Shown piece after piece: positions 1 through 12,035 of a stretch of 64,000 nucleotides of DNA. The stretch's first letter is position 1, and every line of letters begins with the position of its first letter. The translations under genes and the position numbers were made by a program. Source of the stretch: Lama glama (taxonomy: Eukaryota); NCBI GenBank assembly GCA_028534125.1, contig CM052816.1:17920001-17984000 (forward strand). The letters run 5' to 3'. The notes below the pieces were generated by a model. It worked only from the letters and a program-made list of their open reading frames with translations. It did not search any database and had not been told where the DNA came from.

Positions 1-1410
1 CCACAGGCAAGCTCTGTACTGGGATCTCTCAACTCTATCACCTCCATTTCAGTACTTTTTTTTTCTCACTTGAACAAAAACTCTGAGATAGTAATTTAAA
101 AAACAGCTGCATAATTGCAGCTAAACACAATCAAGTGTATAAAAGAATCGAGGCATATTTAAAAAATCTCAGTTTAGACCAACAAAGAAAACCATTGTTA
201 CTGTCTCCTCTGAGCCTGGGAAACACACAAGAGGACAAATTAAAATCGACAAATTGATTTCACTTACAGAAACTTCTAGTAACAGAGCAAACCACTGATT
301 TTAATTTGCCTAATTATCTTATGACAAGTGTCAAATTAAGATGACACTTAAAGACCCTTGGCATTAACTTACTGATGGAGAAGAGTGCTCAGTAGTCAGT
401 TCCCAGTGAGGTAATGAGATGCTCATCTTCAGAGAGATTCCAAGAAGGTATTTTTGATTCATTAAGATATTAAATAAAAAGCCCTCTTATGACTGGAACC
501 CAAAATCAGTGGAGCAACATTAAGGCCACTTTTTGTGCCTCACTTTGGCAAGACAGCATTAGTTTTTAAAGGTACTTTTCATCAGTACTAAAGATTCGTG
601 TCTTTAGTTACCTTAGCCTTAGCAGAATTTTGTTTTCCTCTCTTTCAGCAGGAGTCTTTTAGCAGGTGACTATGTATACATAAAAATCTTGATTTACAAA
701 AAATAGTGCTGTGACCATCATTCCCTTGTTGCAGAAAAGTATGGAGGTGAATCTTTGCAGACTCATTTTTCGAACCTCCTTAGTGAAATAGTTTTATCCT
801 TATTCCATAAGTGGATCTTTGATTTTATACCATTTCCTTGGCATCCAAGTTAAACCCTAGAATTTTCTTCCACAATGAGTTCTCTGCCATATCAGTGTCT
901 ATTTATTTCCACAAATACTCTAAGCATGGGAATACCCTCACACTAAATTTGAGGTTTCGTATCAGTTCCTTCTCCTTCACGCCCGTCTCCCCCCACCCGG
1001 CAGTGAGCGGCGCCGTGCCTGTCCAGCTCTGCCCTCTGCTCCTCCCAGGACGCCACTTACGGCTATCGCTTTCTTTTCTTCTTCACTTTGGCCACACTGT
1101 ACAGTACGTCCCAGAGCCCTTTCTACAGTGGGTGGTTTTGGTCTTTTTCTACCTTTTCGTCAGAGTCACTGCTGTTCGTCCCTGTCCACTGTGTAGCACT
1201 GTAATGACAGCCACCAAATCCTGAGTGCCAGTCTGTCGTCCCTCTTGTAGATGAAATAGTAAAGTAGAAAACCTAGTAAATTCTGAATGCTTTCCCACGT
1301 AGACTTATCTGGAATGTGAACACGACTCTTTGGTTAACAGTAAATGCTTAACTGTAGTCCTGAGTAGGTGCATTTCTGTCTGTCTCAATAAATTTTAATT
1401 TGTCTGCAAC
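1..1410 (+). other. Distal 3' UTR (terminal exon) of an unidentified gene entering from upstream of the window
   Basis: No recognisable repeats and no credible ORF; AT/U-rich; ends in a canonical poly(A) site architecture. Gene identity not recognised with confidence. Confidence 0.6.
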
Positions 1411-1433
1411 ATCTGAGTGTTGTGTTTGTTCGT
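1387..1433 (+). terminator. Polyadenylation signal with GU-rich downstream element
   Basis: AATAAA at 1387-1392, CA dinucleotides ~15-20 nt downstream, then GTGTTGTGTTTGTTCGT; an upstream TGTA at ~1353. Confidence 0.7.
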
Positions 1434-2629
1434 CTGCACGTGCACTCACAGGCCGTGTCCACGCCTGCTCTCTGGGGAACAGCATGGGCAGATAAAGGGG
1501 AGCCCCAGTGCAGGGTCCTCTGTTAAGGCTTCCGTACATGGTGGGGAGCGCCCTGCCGGAGGCCCAGCGTGTCCTGACCCCTCGGCACACCCGGGCCCTG
1601 TGCTTGCTCGGCCTAGAACCATATCACCTGGCCCTCTTTGGGCTGCCTTCTCCTGTCTCAGGCCCTGACTTGTTACTCAGTCCTCACCCATCAGGTTACT
1701 ATTGTCACCCTGTTGACAACCTTAAGCTTTTATTTCTTATTCCTCCCTCCCCAGCTCCTCAGTTATTCTCCAGTTCTCTTGGGAAAGGAAAAAAACCCCT
1801 CCTTTACAGGAATTCTGAGTTCTCTTTCCCCATTCATGGATTGACACACAGATGCTTGTCAAACATCAGGAAGCGCCCAAATTGGAAGAGGAATTGCTTC
1901 CTTTCCACCTTTATCCACATTCAGGCTAGTATATCTATGACTTAATTATACTCTGAGTGAGTAATTTCACCACCAACTGAGGTAGAAACGATGTTATGAA
2001 TAATTCCATTCCTTTACCCCATGGACTGGATTTTACAGACAATTTACAGATTGACAGTTTAAGGAAACGTGCTTCAGAAATCCGCAAAATAACTAATGTC
2101 AGGAGAGCAATGGCCAATATGAAGCCTCCAGGAGAGGCCGGGAGGTAAAAGGTACTGTAAAGAGCAGCTGGCATTTGTGGACACCCCAAATTCCTCTTAA
2201 ATCAGCAGATTTACAGTCAAACCCCACAGGTCTCCTCAAGTCATGCCATCATGGAAGCCACCTTGATCCATTAAAGACCAGGACCAAAGGAATATTAGTT
2301 AAACAGCATGAGTAAAAAGGTCCCAGCACCTCTCAAAACTGTCGGTCAGTTGGAAAGTTTGCTTTGACAAACTGGCTCAAGAAAAGAGGAAGGTTTCAAA
2401 ATGTATTCATTCAACAAGGCTTTAAAGATGAATGAGTACACTTGCAGATTTATAGATTAATGAGTGCTAGGTAGATGAATGCCGCTATGGGCAGGCACCA
2501 CATTCAGTGCTAGGAATATAAAAGTAAAGTAAGACCTGGGGCCTGCTCTGTACAGTTATCTCTTCGAAAAAGAGATAACTACTACAGTATAGGTTGGTGG
2601 ATGTCATAGTTGACACCAATGGCTATCGC

Positions 2630-2940
2630 ACCCTTGTTAAAGCTTGCCTTTCTTGGTTTCTTATATCCATCCTTACCTGGTTTTCATCCTATCTCTCTGG
2701 CCATTCCTTTTAGGTCCATATATCCTTTTGTTCAACCAGTCCTGTTCATGTCGGTGTTCCTCAGATCTGTGTCCCTGGCCTATTTCTCTTTAACGTTACA
2801 TGCTTTCTCCAAACAGTCTGTTAGTGGTTTCAAGCAACTCCTCCACTTGGAGAAGCCCCAGTCTATGTCTCAAGTGTAGGTTTCTCTCTGCTCCATTCTG
2901 AAATCATCACCTGACATGTGGATAATTCTACTCAAATTTC
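2630..2940 (+). mobile_element. L2 LINE fragment (piece 1 of an interrupted L2)
   Basis: Pyrimidine-rich match to recalled L2 consensus (ttcttggtttc...cctggttttcatcctatctctctggccattcc). Confidence 0.6.
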
Positions 2941-2959
2941 CCATTGATACTAACATTTT

Positions 2960-3960
2960 AAACCTTACAAAATCAAAATGAGAGAATGAAATATAGAGTG
3001 AATATGCCTATGACAATAGGGGTCAGCAAGGCTTTTTTTAAAAAACAAGTCCTAGCATACAAGAGCCATGAAGGAATAGATGAATAAATTTTCCTCCATC
3101 AAAATTAATTAGCACATGAACAAATTTCAAAGATAAACAAGAAACTAAAGATACTGATGACATAAAACAGATGCAGGATTAGGATATAAAGTTTTTTCAA
3201 CTCCTACAAATCCATAAGGAAAATATAGTTCAACAGACTGATGGGAAAAGACAAAAACAACTGATCCATACAAGACGCACAGATGGCCAAGAACGCGATA
3301 ACCTCAGTCATGACCAGAAAAACAAATTAAAGCAATTATCTCTCAGTCTGACTTAGAAAAAATATATCATGATCATGTCTTGTGTTGAGAGTGCAGTATA
3401 AGGAACACTCTTGGACACTATGCACTCAAAACAACCATGTGGAGCGCAATTTGGTAATAACTATATAAATGAGAGTAAACACCCTAGGACCCAGTAATTC
3501 CACTCCTCAATAATTACTCTTAGAGGGGAAAAAAATCATACTAGTTTACAAACATATGTGTTAAATGTATGTATGTCCTTTGTAGCATCATTTATTAGAA
3601 CAAAACATTTGGTACAAAACTAAATATCCATCAGTGGGCAGACTGGACGATTCTCTGCCCTGGAATACTATGCAGCAGTCAAAAATAACGAAGTACTTTC
3701 ATATGCGCTGACTTAGCAAAACTTCTAAAACATCAGTTGTATGGGGGGAAAAAATCAAGTGATACAGAGTATGAAACATGTAAGTCAGATATGTAAAAGG
3801 CAAGACTATCCATCTTCTCTAAGTATGGAAATACATAAAACAAGGCCTAAAAGGACACACACCAAGCTGGTAGCAGGAGTGACCTCTGAGGAAAGGACTC
3901 CAATTTGCTCTGATAGCCAATGGGGGTATGAGCCTCATCCCCATGTTTCACTTTTATTTT
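2960..3960 (+). mobile_element. Old L1 (L1ME-like) ORF2 end and 3' UTR fragment
   Basis: L1 3' motifs: gacccagtaattccactcct, aactaaatatccatcagtggg, tggaatactatgcagcagtcaaaaa. Confidence 0.7.
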
Positions 3961-4019
3961 TTATCACAAAAGCAATACACCACAATGTCTTCTGTGACTT
4001 TAAAATAATTCATCAGCTT

Positions 4020-4570
4020 CCTCTTCAAATTTTCTCCTCCTACACTCCTTGATTTCAGGAATGGCACCACCATCTACACCCCTCTCCTCAACTCCCAACC
4101 TGCAATAAGTCACCAAATTCTGTCAATTTTTCTTTCTAAATATCTCTTCTGCTTTATCTCAACACCACTGTCATGCTTCTGACCACTGCCATCTCTCTCG
4201 ACTGTCCTAGGAACATTTGTGACCCTGCCTGATTCTCGCCCAGCTCCAATGCATCCTACATGCTGCTGCTGCTGCCAGAATAATTTATTCTTAAAGGCAA
4301 ATCTGATCATGTCACTGACCTACTTAATTTTCAAGGTTTCTCATCACTTTCAGGACCAAATATAAACTACTTGGCATGGCAGATACGTTCCTTTGTAATT
4401 GATTCCTTTGCACCTCTTTGTTCCCTCACATGCCTCACTTCTCAAATTCTAATTTTTTCCCTGAGCACCTCCACCGTTCTCAAGCTTGTGCCTGTGTTCC
4501 TGATAGTTCCTTCACCTGTGCAGCCTCGGACTCTCAGCTCAATTACTGCTCCTCTAGGAACTCTTCTCAA
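4020..4570 (+). mobile_element. L2 LINE fragment (piece 2)
   Basis: L2 motifs: gtcaccaaattctgtcaatttt, aaaggcaaatctgatcatgtcact. Confidence 0.7.
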
Positions 4571-4579
4571 TTACTCTGA

Positions 4580-7500
4580 GAAGCAAGAAATGTTAAATGG
4601 AGTCCTTCAGGCTGAAGTGAAAGGAAGCTAGACAATAGCTCAAAACTATATGAAAGCATAAAATTCTCTGGTAAAGGTACACACGTGGAAAATATTTTAA
4701 AACCAGTATTGTAATTTTGACTTGTAACACTTTTTATTTTCTACAGTATTTAAAAGATAAATGCATAAAAATCACAATAAATCTATGTTATATATATCTC
4801 TATACATAAATAAAGAAAGCATAATACATAACTACGTAATCTGTGATGTCAATAAGATAAAGAGGAGGGATGAAGGTATAAAAGAGTAGTTGTTATATGC
4901 AATTGAATTTCAGGTCTTACCAATTCAAAATAGACTTTTATAATTTTAGGATGCTATATGTAATCTCCATGGTAACCACAAATAAAGTATTTATAGAACA
5001 GTCACAAAAGTAAATGAGGGGCAAATCAAGATGTGTCAGTACAAAACAATTAACTAAACCTAAAGGAAGAAGGCAGTGATGAAGGAAATAAAAACAAGAA
5101 AGCTCTAAGATATGCAGAAAATAAGTAACAAAATTTCAAAAGTAAGTCTTTATCGATTATTACTTAAGTGCAAGTGGATTAAATTCCTTAGTCAAAAGTC
5201 ACAGATCAGCAGAATGGATTAAAAAAGTCAAATGAAAACATGATCCATCTATGTGTTGTCTATAAAAGACTCACTTTAGATATAAGGAGAAAAATAGGTT
5301 GCAACTGAAAGGATACGGGAAGGTATTTCATGAAAAGAGTTACCAAAAGAGGGAGAGAGTGGCTATACAGGTATCAAACAAAACTGACTTTAAGTCAAAA
5401 ACTCTTACAAGAGACAGAATGGTATGATAAAAGGGTCAAATCACCAGAAAGATATAAAAATTTTAGACATATATGAAACAAAAGTTAAACCTACAGAATA
5501 TATGAAGATAATAAAGACAGCCTTGTAAAGAGAAATAGCCCTAAAATAACAGACTTCACTAGCCCACTTTCAGTAACAGAATTAGACAGGAGATCAATAA
5601 GGAAAGAAAGGACTTGAACAACTTTTTAAACCAATTGGACCTAACAGACATATACAGAGTATACTATCCAACATCAGCAAAATACACATTTCCTAAGTGT
5701 GCACCTGAGCATTCTCCAGGATAGAGCATATGTTAGGCCACAAAACTAGTCTGTCTTATTGTTTTAAGGTTTTAAACTGTAAATTCGATTTTAAAAGATT
5801 GCAATCATACAGCATCTTTTCCTATCACAATGGAATGAATCTAGAAATCAGTAACCAAAGAAAAGCCAGAAATTTTACAAATTAGTAGAAATTAAACACT
5901 CCTAAACAACCAATGGGTCAAAGAGAGATCACAAAGGAAATTATAAAATACCTTGAAATAAATGAGAATGAAAGCGCAACATACCAAAACTTACAGGGTG
6001 CAGCAACAGCAGTGCTAAGAGGGAATTTTATAACTCTCTTTATATGGTAACATTCAAAAAGATCTCAAATCAACAATCTAACTTTATACTTAAGTAACTA
6101 GAAAAAGAGTAAAATAAACCCAAAGCTAGCAGAAGGAAATAAAGTTTAGAACAGAGATTAAAAAAAAAAACAGAAAATTAGAAAAAGTAATGAAATCAAG
6201 AGTTGGTTTTCAAAAAGACTAACAAAATATAGCTAGACTAACAGCAACAACAAAAAAGACTCAATATAATTAGAAATGCAAGTAGGGGACATTACTACTC
6301 ATTTTATAGAAATAAAAAAGATCGTAAGAGAGTGTTGTGAACAACTGTACAACAAACTGAGTAAGTTAAACAAAATGAACAAATTCCTACAAAGATACAA
6401 CTGCAAGATTGAATTATGAAAAAATAAAGAATCTGAATAGACTTATAACTAATAAGGAAATTGAATTAGTAATCCAAAATCACCCAAAAAAAGAAAAGCC
6501 CTGAATCAGAGAGCTGCACTGTTGAATTCTACCAAACATTTAAAGAAGAATTAACAACGTTCTTGTCAAACTTTTCTCAAAAAATTGAAAGGGAGGGAAA
6601 ACTTCTTAACTCATACTTTTTGGCCAGAATTACTCTGATACCAAAGCCAGACAAAGACACTGCAAGAAAATAAAACTATAGACCATTATTCCTTATGACT
6701 AGTCATGCAAAACTCCTACTAAACAGAATGTTAGCAAATTGAGTTCAGAAGCATGTTAAAAGGTTTATAAGCCAGGACCAAACCGTATTTCCTTTGAATG
6801 CAAGATGATTCAACATACAAAAAAATCAATATAATACACCACATTAACAGAATGTGGAGGGAAAAAACCCACATGATTATCTCAAATAATGCATGATATT
6901 TCATGATGCATTTATTATGCTGTTTTCATGATAAAAACACTCAATAAGCAAGGAATAGAAGGAAACTACCTCAACATAATAACATCCATATATGAAAACA
7001 GCACAGCTAACATTATCGTCAATGGTAAAATACTGAAAAACTTTTCTTCTATGTTCATGAACAAGATGAAAATGTCTGCTTTCATGATTTCTATTCAACA
7101 TAATATAGGAAGTACTAGCCAGAGCAATTATGCAAGAAAAATTACTAGAAGCATTCAAATAAGAAAGGAAGAAATAAAATTATCTTTGTTTGCAGATGAC
7201 ATAATATTACATGTAGAAAACCATAAAGGTTCCACAAAAATTAGAGCTAATACACCAGAGTTCAACAAAATTGTAGGATACAAAATCAATACTAAAAAAT
7301 CAGCTGTGCTTCTAAACAATAACAATGAACAATCTGAAAGGGAATTAAGAAAACAATTTGATTTTCAATAACACCAGAAAGAATAAAATGTTTAGGAATA
7401 AACTTAACTGAGGAGGTGAGATAACTGTAGACTGAAAACTAAAAAACACTGCTAAAAATTAATGAAGACAAATAAATGGAAAGGCAACTAGTGTTCACAG

Positions 7501-9055
7501 ACTGAAGACTTAATATTGTTAAGGTATCAGTATAACCCAAAGTGATCTACAAATTCAACACAATTCCCTAGTAACACCCCAATAATGTTTCTGACAGAAA
7601 CGGAAAATTCCATTCCCAAATTTATGAAATCTTAAGAGACGCTAGAGACAAAAACAATCTCGAAAAAGAACAAAGTTGCAAGATTTACACTTTCTGATTT
7701 CAAACCTTGTTACAAAGCTATGCTAATCAAAATTATGAGGTACTGGCATAAAGACAGACAAACAGACTAACGGAATAGAACAGAGAGCCCAGAAATAAAC
7801 CCTTGCATATACGGTCAAATGATTTTCAATGAGAATACCAGTATCACTGAATGAAGGATAGTATTTTCAGCAAATGGTGCTGGGAAAAGTGCATATCCAC
7901 ATGCAAAAGATGGAAGTTGGACCCTTTCTTTATACTACAAAAATTAACTCAAAGTAAATCAAGGGCCTAAATTTAAGAGCTATAACTGTAAAACTCTTAG
8001 AATGAAACACAGGAAGAAAGCTTCATGACAGTGGATTTGACAATGATTTCTTGGATATGATATGAAAAAATATAGACCACAAGAGAAAAAATAAATTGGA
8101 CTTTGCCAAAACCTAAAACTTTTGTGTATCGAAAGACACTATCAACAGAGCCAATGGGAGAAAGTATTTGTAATCATAAATCTGAAAAGGTATTAATATC
8201 TAAAATAGACAGAGAATGCCTGCAAGTCAACAACAAAAGAACAAACACCCCAATTAAAAAAATTAGCAAAAGACTTAAGACATTTTCCAAAGAACATATA
8301 CAAATGACCAATAAGCATATGAAAAGGTGCTCAACATCAGTAGGGCAATGCAAATCAAAACCACAATGATACACCACTTCATACCATTTAGGATGACTGT
8401 TATCAATAATAGTAAGTGTTGGCAAACATGTAGAGAAATGGAAACTCTCACGCATTGCTGGTGGGAATGTAAAATGTTGCAACCACTGTGAAGGACATTA
8501 TGGCAGGTCCTGGAAAAGTTAGACATAGAATTACCTATGATCAGTAATCCTAGATCACTCCTAGGTGTACATTCCAAAGAACTGAAAACAAGAACTTGAA
8601 CAAATACTTGTATAAAAATGTTCACAGCAGCATTATTCGCCATAGCCCAAAGGTAACAATCCAAACATCCATCAGTGATGTATGGGGTAAAGAATATGTG
8701 GAGATTCTGATACATGTTACGACTTAGATGCACTTTGAAATTATACTAAATGAGATAAACCAAACACGAAAGGACATACATTGTATGATTCTACTTGCAT
8801 GAGGTCCCCAGAATAGTTCAACTCATAGTGACAGAGAGTAGACTAGAGTAATGGGGGGACGGGGGAGGGGGGCTAGTGTTTAACGGTTAGAGTTTCAGTA
8901 TGGGATGATGAAGAACGTCCCAGAGAGAGAGAGTGGCGCTGACGGAACAACAATGTGAATGTACTTAGCCCCAGTGAAGTGCACACCTAAAAACGGCTGA
9001 AATAGTAACTTGTGTCACATATATTTTAACACAGTTAAAAAGGGAGGAAAAAAAA
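4580..9055 (+). mobile_element. L1MB-like LINE-1, 5'-truncated (end of ORF1, decayed ORF2, 3' UTR)
   Basis: Starts at ORF1 end (QEMLNGVL). ORF2 RT fragment 6928-7371 (IKLSLFADDIIL). L1MB-type 3' end (agagtttcagt...acaatgtgaatgtactta) and A-rich tail. Many stops and frameshifts. Confidence 0.9.
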
Positions 9056-9084
9056 GGAAAGAGATGTCCTTCTGTCCTGCTCTT

Positions 9085-9145
9085 TCTCATTCCTCAGTAG
9101 CCAACACATGGTTACCAATTACTGTTTGTTGGATGAGTACTGAAT
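9085..9145 (+). mobile_element. L2 3' end (piece 3)
   Basis: Degenerate L2 terminus (...actgtttgttggatgagtactgaat) immediately after the L1MB tail. Confidence 0.45.
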
Positions 9146-9299
9146 ACAAGCAAATAGCAATGGGAACAAAAAAAGACTGACCATTTAATTCTTCCTGGAA
9201 AGATTTTTTTTTTTAAAACAGACCTCACAGAAAGGATGACATTTGATCAATACCTTCACACAGGTTGAATTTTTCCATCAATTCACATAGGTTGAATTT

Positions 9300-9560
9300 T
9301 TTAAACAGCTTTATTGAGGTGTAATTTACTTAGTATAAAATCTATCCATTTTAAGTGTGACATTTATTAAATTTATAGAGTTGTCAACCACCACATCTAA
9401 TTTTATATGACATTAAAAAAACACCCTCCTGCCCAGTTATCGTTTTTCCTCTTTCCCATCCTGAGCCCCAGGCAATCACCAAACTACTTTCTGCCTCTGT
9501 AGATTTGCCTTTTCTGAACATTTCAGACAAATGCAATCTTCTAACGTATGGGCTTTGTGT
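9300..9560 (-). mobile_element. Old L1 3' end fragment
   Basis: acagctttattgaggtgtaattt...ccccaggcaatcacc...ctctgtagatttgcctttt is the reverse complement of an L1M 3' UTR. Confidence 0.7.
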
Positions 9561-10199
9561 ACACTACCGATGACAAATGCTCCATGCCAATGAGTTTTAT
9601 TATTCACCACTTTGGAAGTTACAAGCTCAGATGGCCAACCTGGTGCCAAATAATGATTTGCAAGTCTTCTTAACAGCAGGTGTTGACACTCTAAACAGCT
9701 GGTAGCACATGTTGTCCAAAAATCACAGAGCCATCCTGCTTTCCTGACATTCCTGTTGCTTTTGCTATTCTGCCCTACTACTCCCAGTTTTACTGTTCAC
9801 CATTTTTCTTTCCTCTTTGTTTTTTAAGGACTTAGAGACCATTTGATTATATAGAAAAGTGGTTCCTTCTCACTTATTTTTCACAAATTTGAACTCTATT
9901 CATATAAACCTACGTTTAATTTTTTAAAGCAGTAATACTAATCACATTTTGAGGAAAGAAACAGTGAAAATTGTGGCCAGTTCTTAAACCAGGGACCCAG
10001 ATGATGCTGTTTTGTGGCTAGTGGACCCAGAACTCTACACAGCCTGTGTTACCTCCTGGTCACCTGGGCTGATTTTCAGAAATCAGTGATGGTGTCAATG
10101 TAAGTCAGCTCAGTGTCTCAACTCATCCCCCAGTGGGAACACTGACTGGAGCCATCTTTGCCGTAACCATCCTATCTCGTATAAGTTTCACAGTAGTTC

Positions 10200-10348
10200 C
10201 GTACACAGACAGGACTGCTCTTCCTATTTACAGAGACGTTAAGCAACTTTATCTAAAGTCACACAGCCAGTAAATGGCAGAGTGAAGATGTGAACCCAGG
10301 ATGGGCTGTCTCCAAACCGCATACTCTTTAACTATTAAGTTATGCTGT
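10200..10348 (-). mobile_element. MIR SINE
   Basis: gttaagcaactttatctaaagtcacacagccagtaaatggcagag...tgaacccagg (MIR core). Confidence 0.7.
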
Positions 10349-10639
10349 GAGGCTGTGTGCTCTGACTTAAAAAATGAAATATAGATACATAAGTGAGATA
10401 AAACATAACCACACACACAAGAGACACCCTAGACCTTGGGGAAAAGGTCTGGCAATACGTCAGTTCACAACATTTACCACCTACCATGCACCTTCCACTA
10501 TCTGCTGAGGACATCAGGCCTGGTCCTCAAAGACCTCTAGATGTCTGTGCTAGAGCAAAGGACATACAGAGACAGCCTGAGCTCAATGTCAAGTGAACAG
10601 GCCGGTCTGAGATTAGGCCATCATGAATTAAGAACTTCA

Positions 10640-10750
10640 CTGGCTCCCGTGACTCCCTAGGCAAGTCCCTTCTCTTTCCGGGCCCCAGCTTTCTCACTTG
10701 TGAAATGAACAGGCTGGGTGTTCTGGCCTCTGAGCCCCTAAGATTCTGTG
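10640..10750 (+). mobile_element. MIR SINE fragment
   Basis: ggcaagtcccttctctttccgggccccagctttctcacttgtgaaatg (MIR core). Confidence 0.55.
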
Positions 10751-11934
10751 TTCACAGCAGCCTGTGGTCTCTGCTTCCTGTGTTAACACCATTTCTGCAC
10801 CTCAAACCCTGAACCGCAGGCCTTCTGCTGATTTTCTCGGCTTCAGGAACAAAGACTCACATATTTCTTAAACACCCAGCTTTATTATGTGGCATCCCTC
10901 TCTTATAAATGGGCACAGATTAAGATGAATTTCACTTGGTATTGCTTTTCACTTTAATCACACACTGCCCTCCCCTCTAGCTTGAGCTCAGCCTCCCCGT
11001 GGTCTCTCCAAGTCTGATCTCAAATCCACTGCACTCAGCGCCTCGTTCACCACAAAGTGCCGTATTTCACTTGTGGCTGAGTGGAGAATTCATTTCATTT
11101 CACTGTTCAGTCTCAATAGTGCAAACATATATTCAGGGCTGACATATTTTCATTACGGAAAAGCCAAGCTCTCAAACTGACGCTGCCCATAGGGATTAAT
11201 GAAGAGAATGGTTATTTATTCTGCCACTTGACATTTTGTGCAGAATAATTCCTGAGTCATTTTATACTTTAACAAATAGTTCACCAACAAAGGATCTTAG
11301 CACTCTGGATGAGCACCAAGCCAGGATTTAGGAGCTGGCTAACATTAACCAACAGCAACTGAAGCCACATTCCAGAGTCACACTGAATGTAATGACACTA
11401 CTTAATGTCATAGCCAGCTGGCTATGGGAGACAACCGTCCATTCCTGACACCAGAGAGTCCCTTCTCACCTGAAACCAACTGCACCAGCCAACTCCTAGG
11501 GGAGCTCTAGAGACACCCTGAAATCCTCCTACCCTGATGTCTGGCCTGTGCGTGGGTTCAGTCAGACATCTCTGTAAACATGAAAATATCCTTGACCATT
11601 TTGGGTCAGAAGTCGTCCATACTTCCCTTTTGCAATTTAAAGAATACACAAACTCCGTAACATCTCTCCAGTGTACCCTGACTTCCTCTTCCATTTCAGT
11701 CCTTTCTCTCAGCCTGCTTTACCTGCATCCGACAGTAGTTTTCTCTGTTTCTGGTGTACTCTTACTTCTTCACTCTGTGCTTGACTGAATGAAGCACATG
11801 CCTCATCCCTGCCATCTACCCGCCTGTTAGGGTTCCCCTCAGCCATCAGAATGGGCCACCTCTCTACTGCCCCACAAAAACACAGCCCTGGGTCCTTTGT
11901 CCAGTGCGTGCTTAGGGGTTGTATTCTGAACTGA

Positions 11935-12035
11935 ACACATTCCAAGCTCCTAAGAGCAGGTACCACGGCTATTTTTATGTAGCTGGCACAGAACAAGGTA
12001 CAACACATGATGCTCAATACAAACTCATCTTGAAA
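11935..12035 (+). mobile_element. L2 3' end fragment
   Basis: aagctcctaagagcagg...ggcacag...tgctcaatacaaa. Confidence 0.5.

Noticed and set aside
838..1224. 128-aa ORF on + strand
   Set aside because: Non-ATG start, no recognisable protein similarity, and it lies in UTR-like sequence just before the poly(A) site.
1200..1260. SECIS-like ATGA...AAA...GA pattern
   Set aside because: The ATGA-to-AAA spacing is too short and there is no convincing helix.
9255..9301. 20-bp direct repeat (similar short duplications at ~14766-14832, ~21035-21075 and ~25094-25142)
   Set aside because: Two-copy local slippage duplications, not arrays; no CRISPR-like or functional periodicity.
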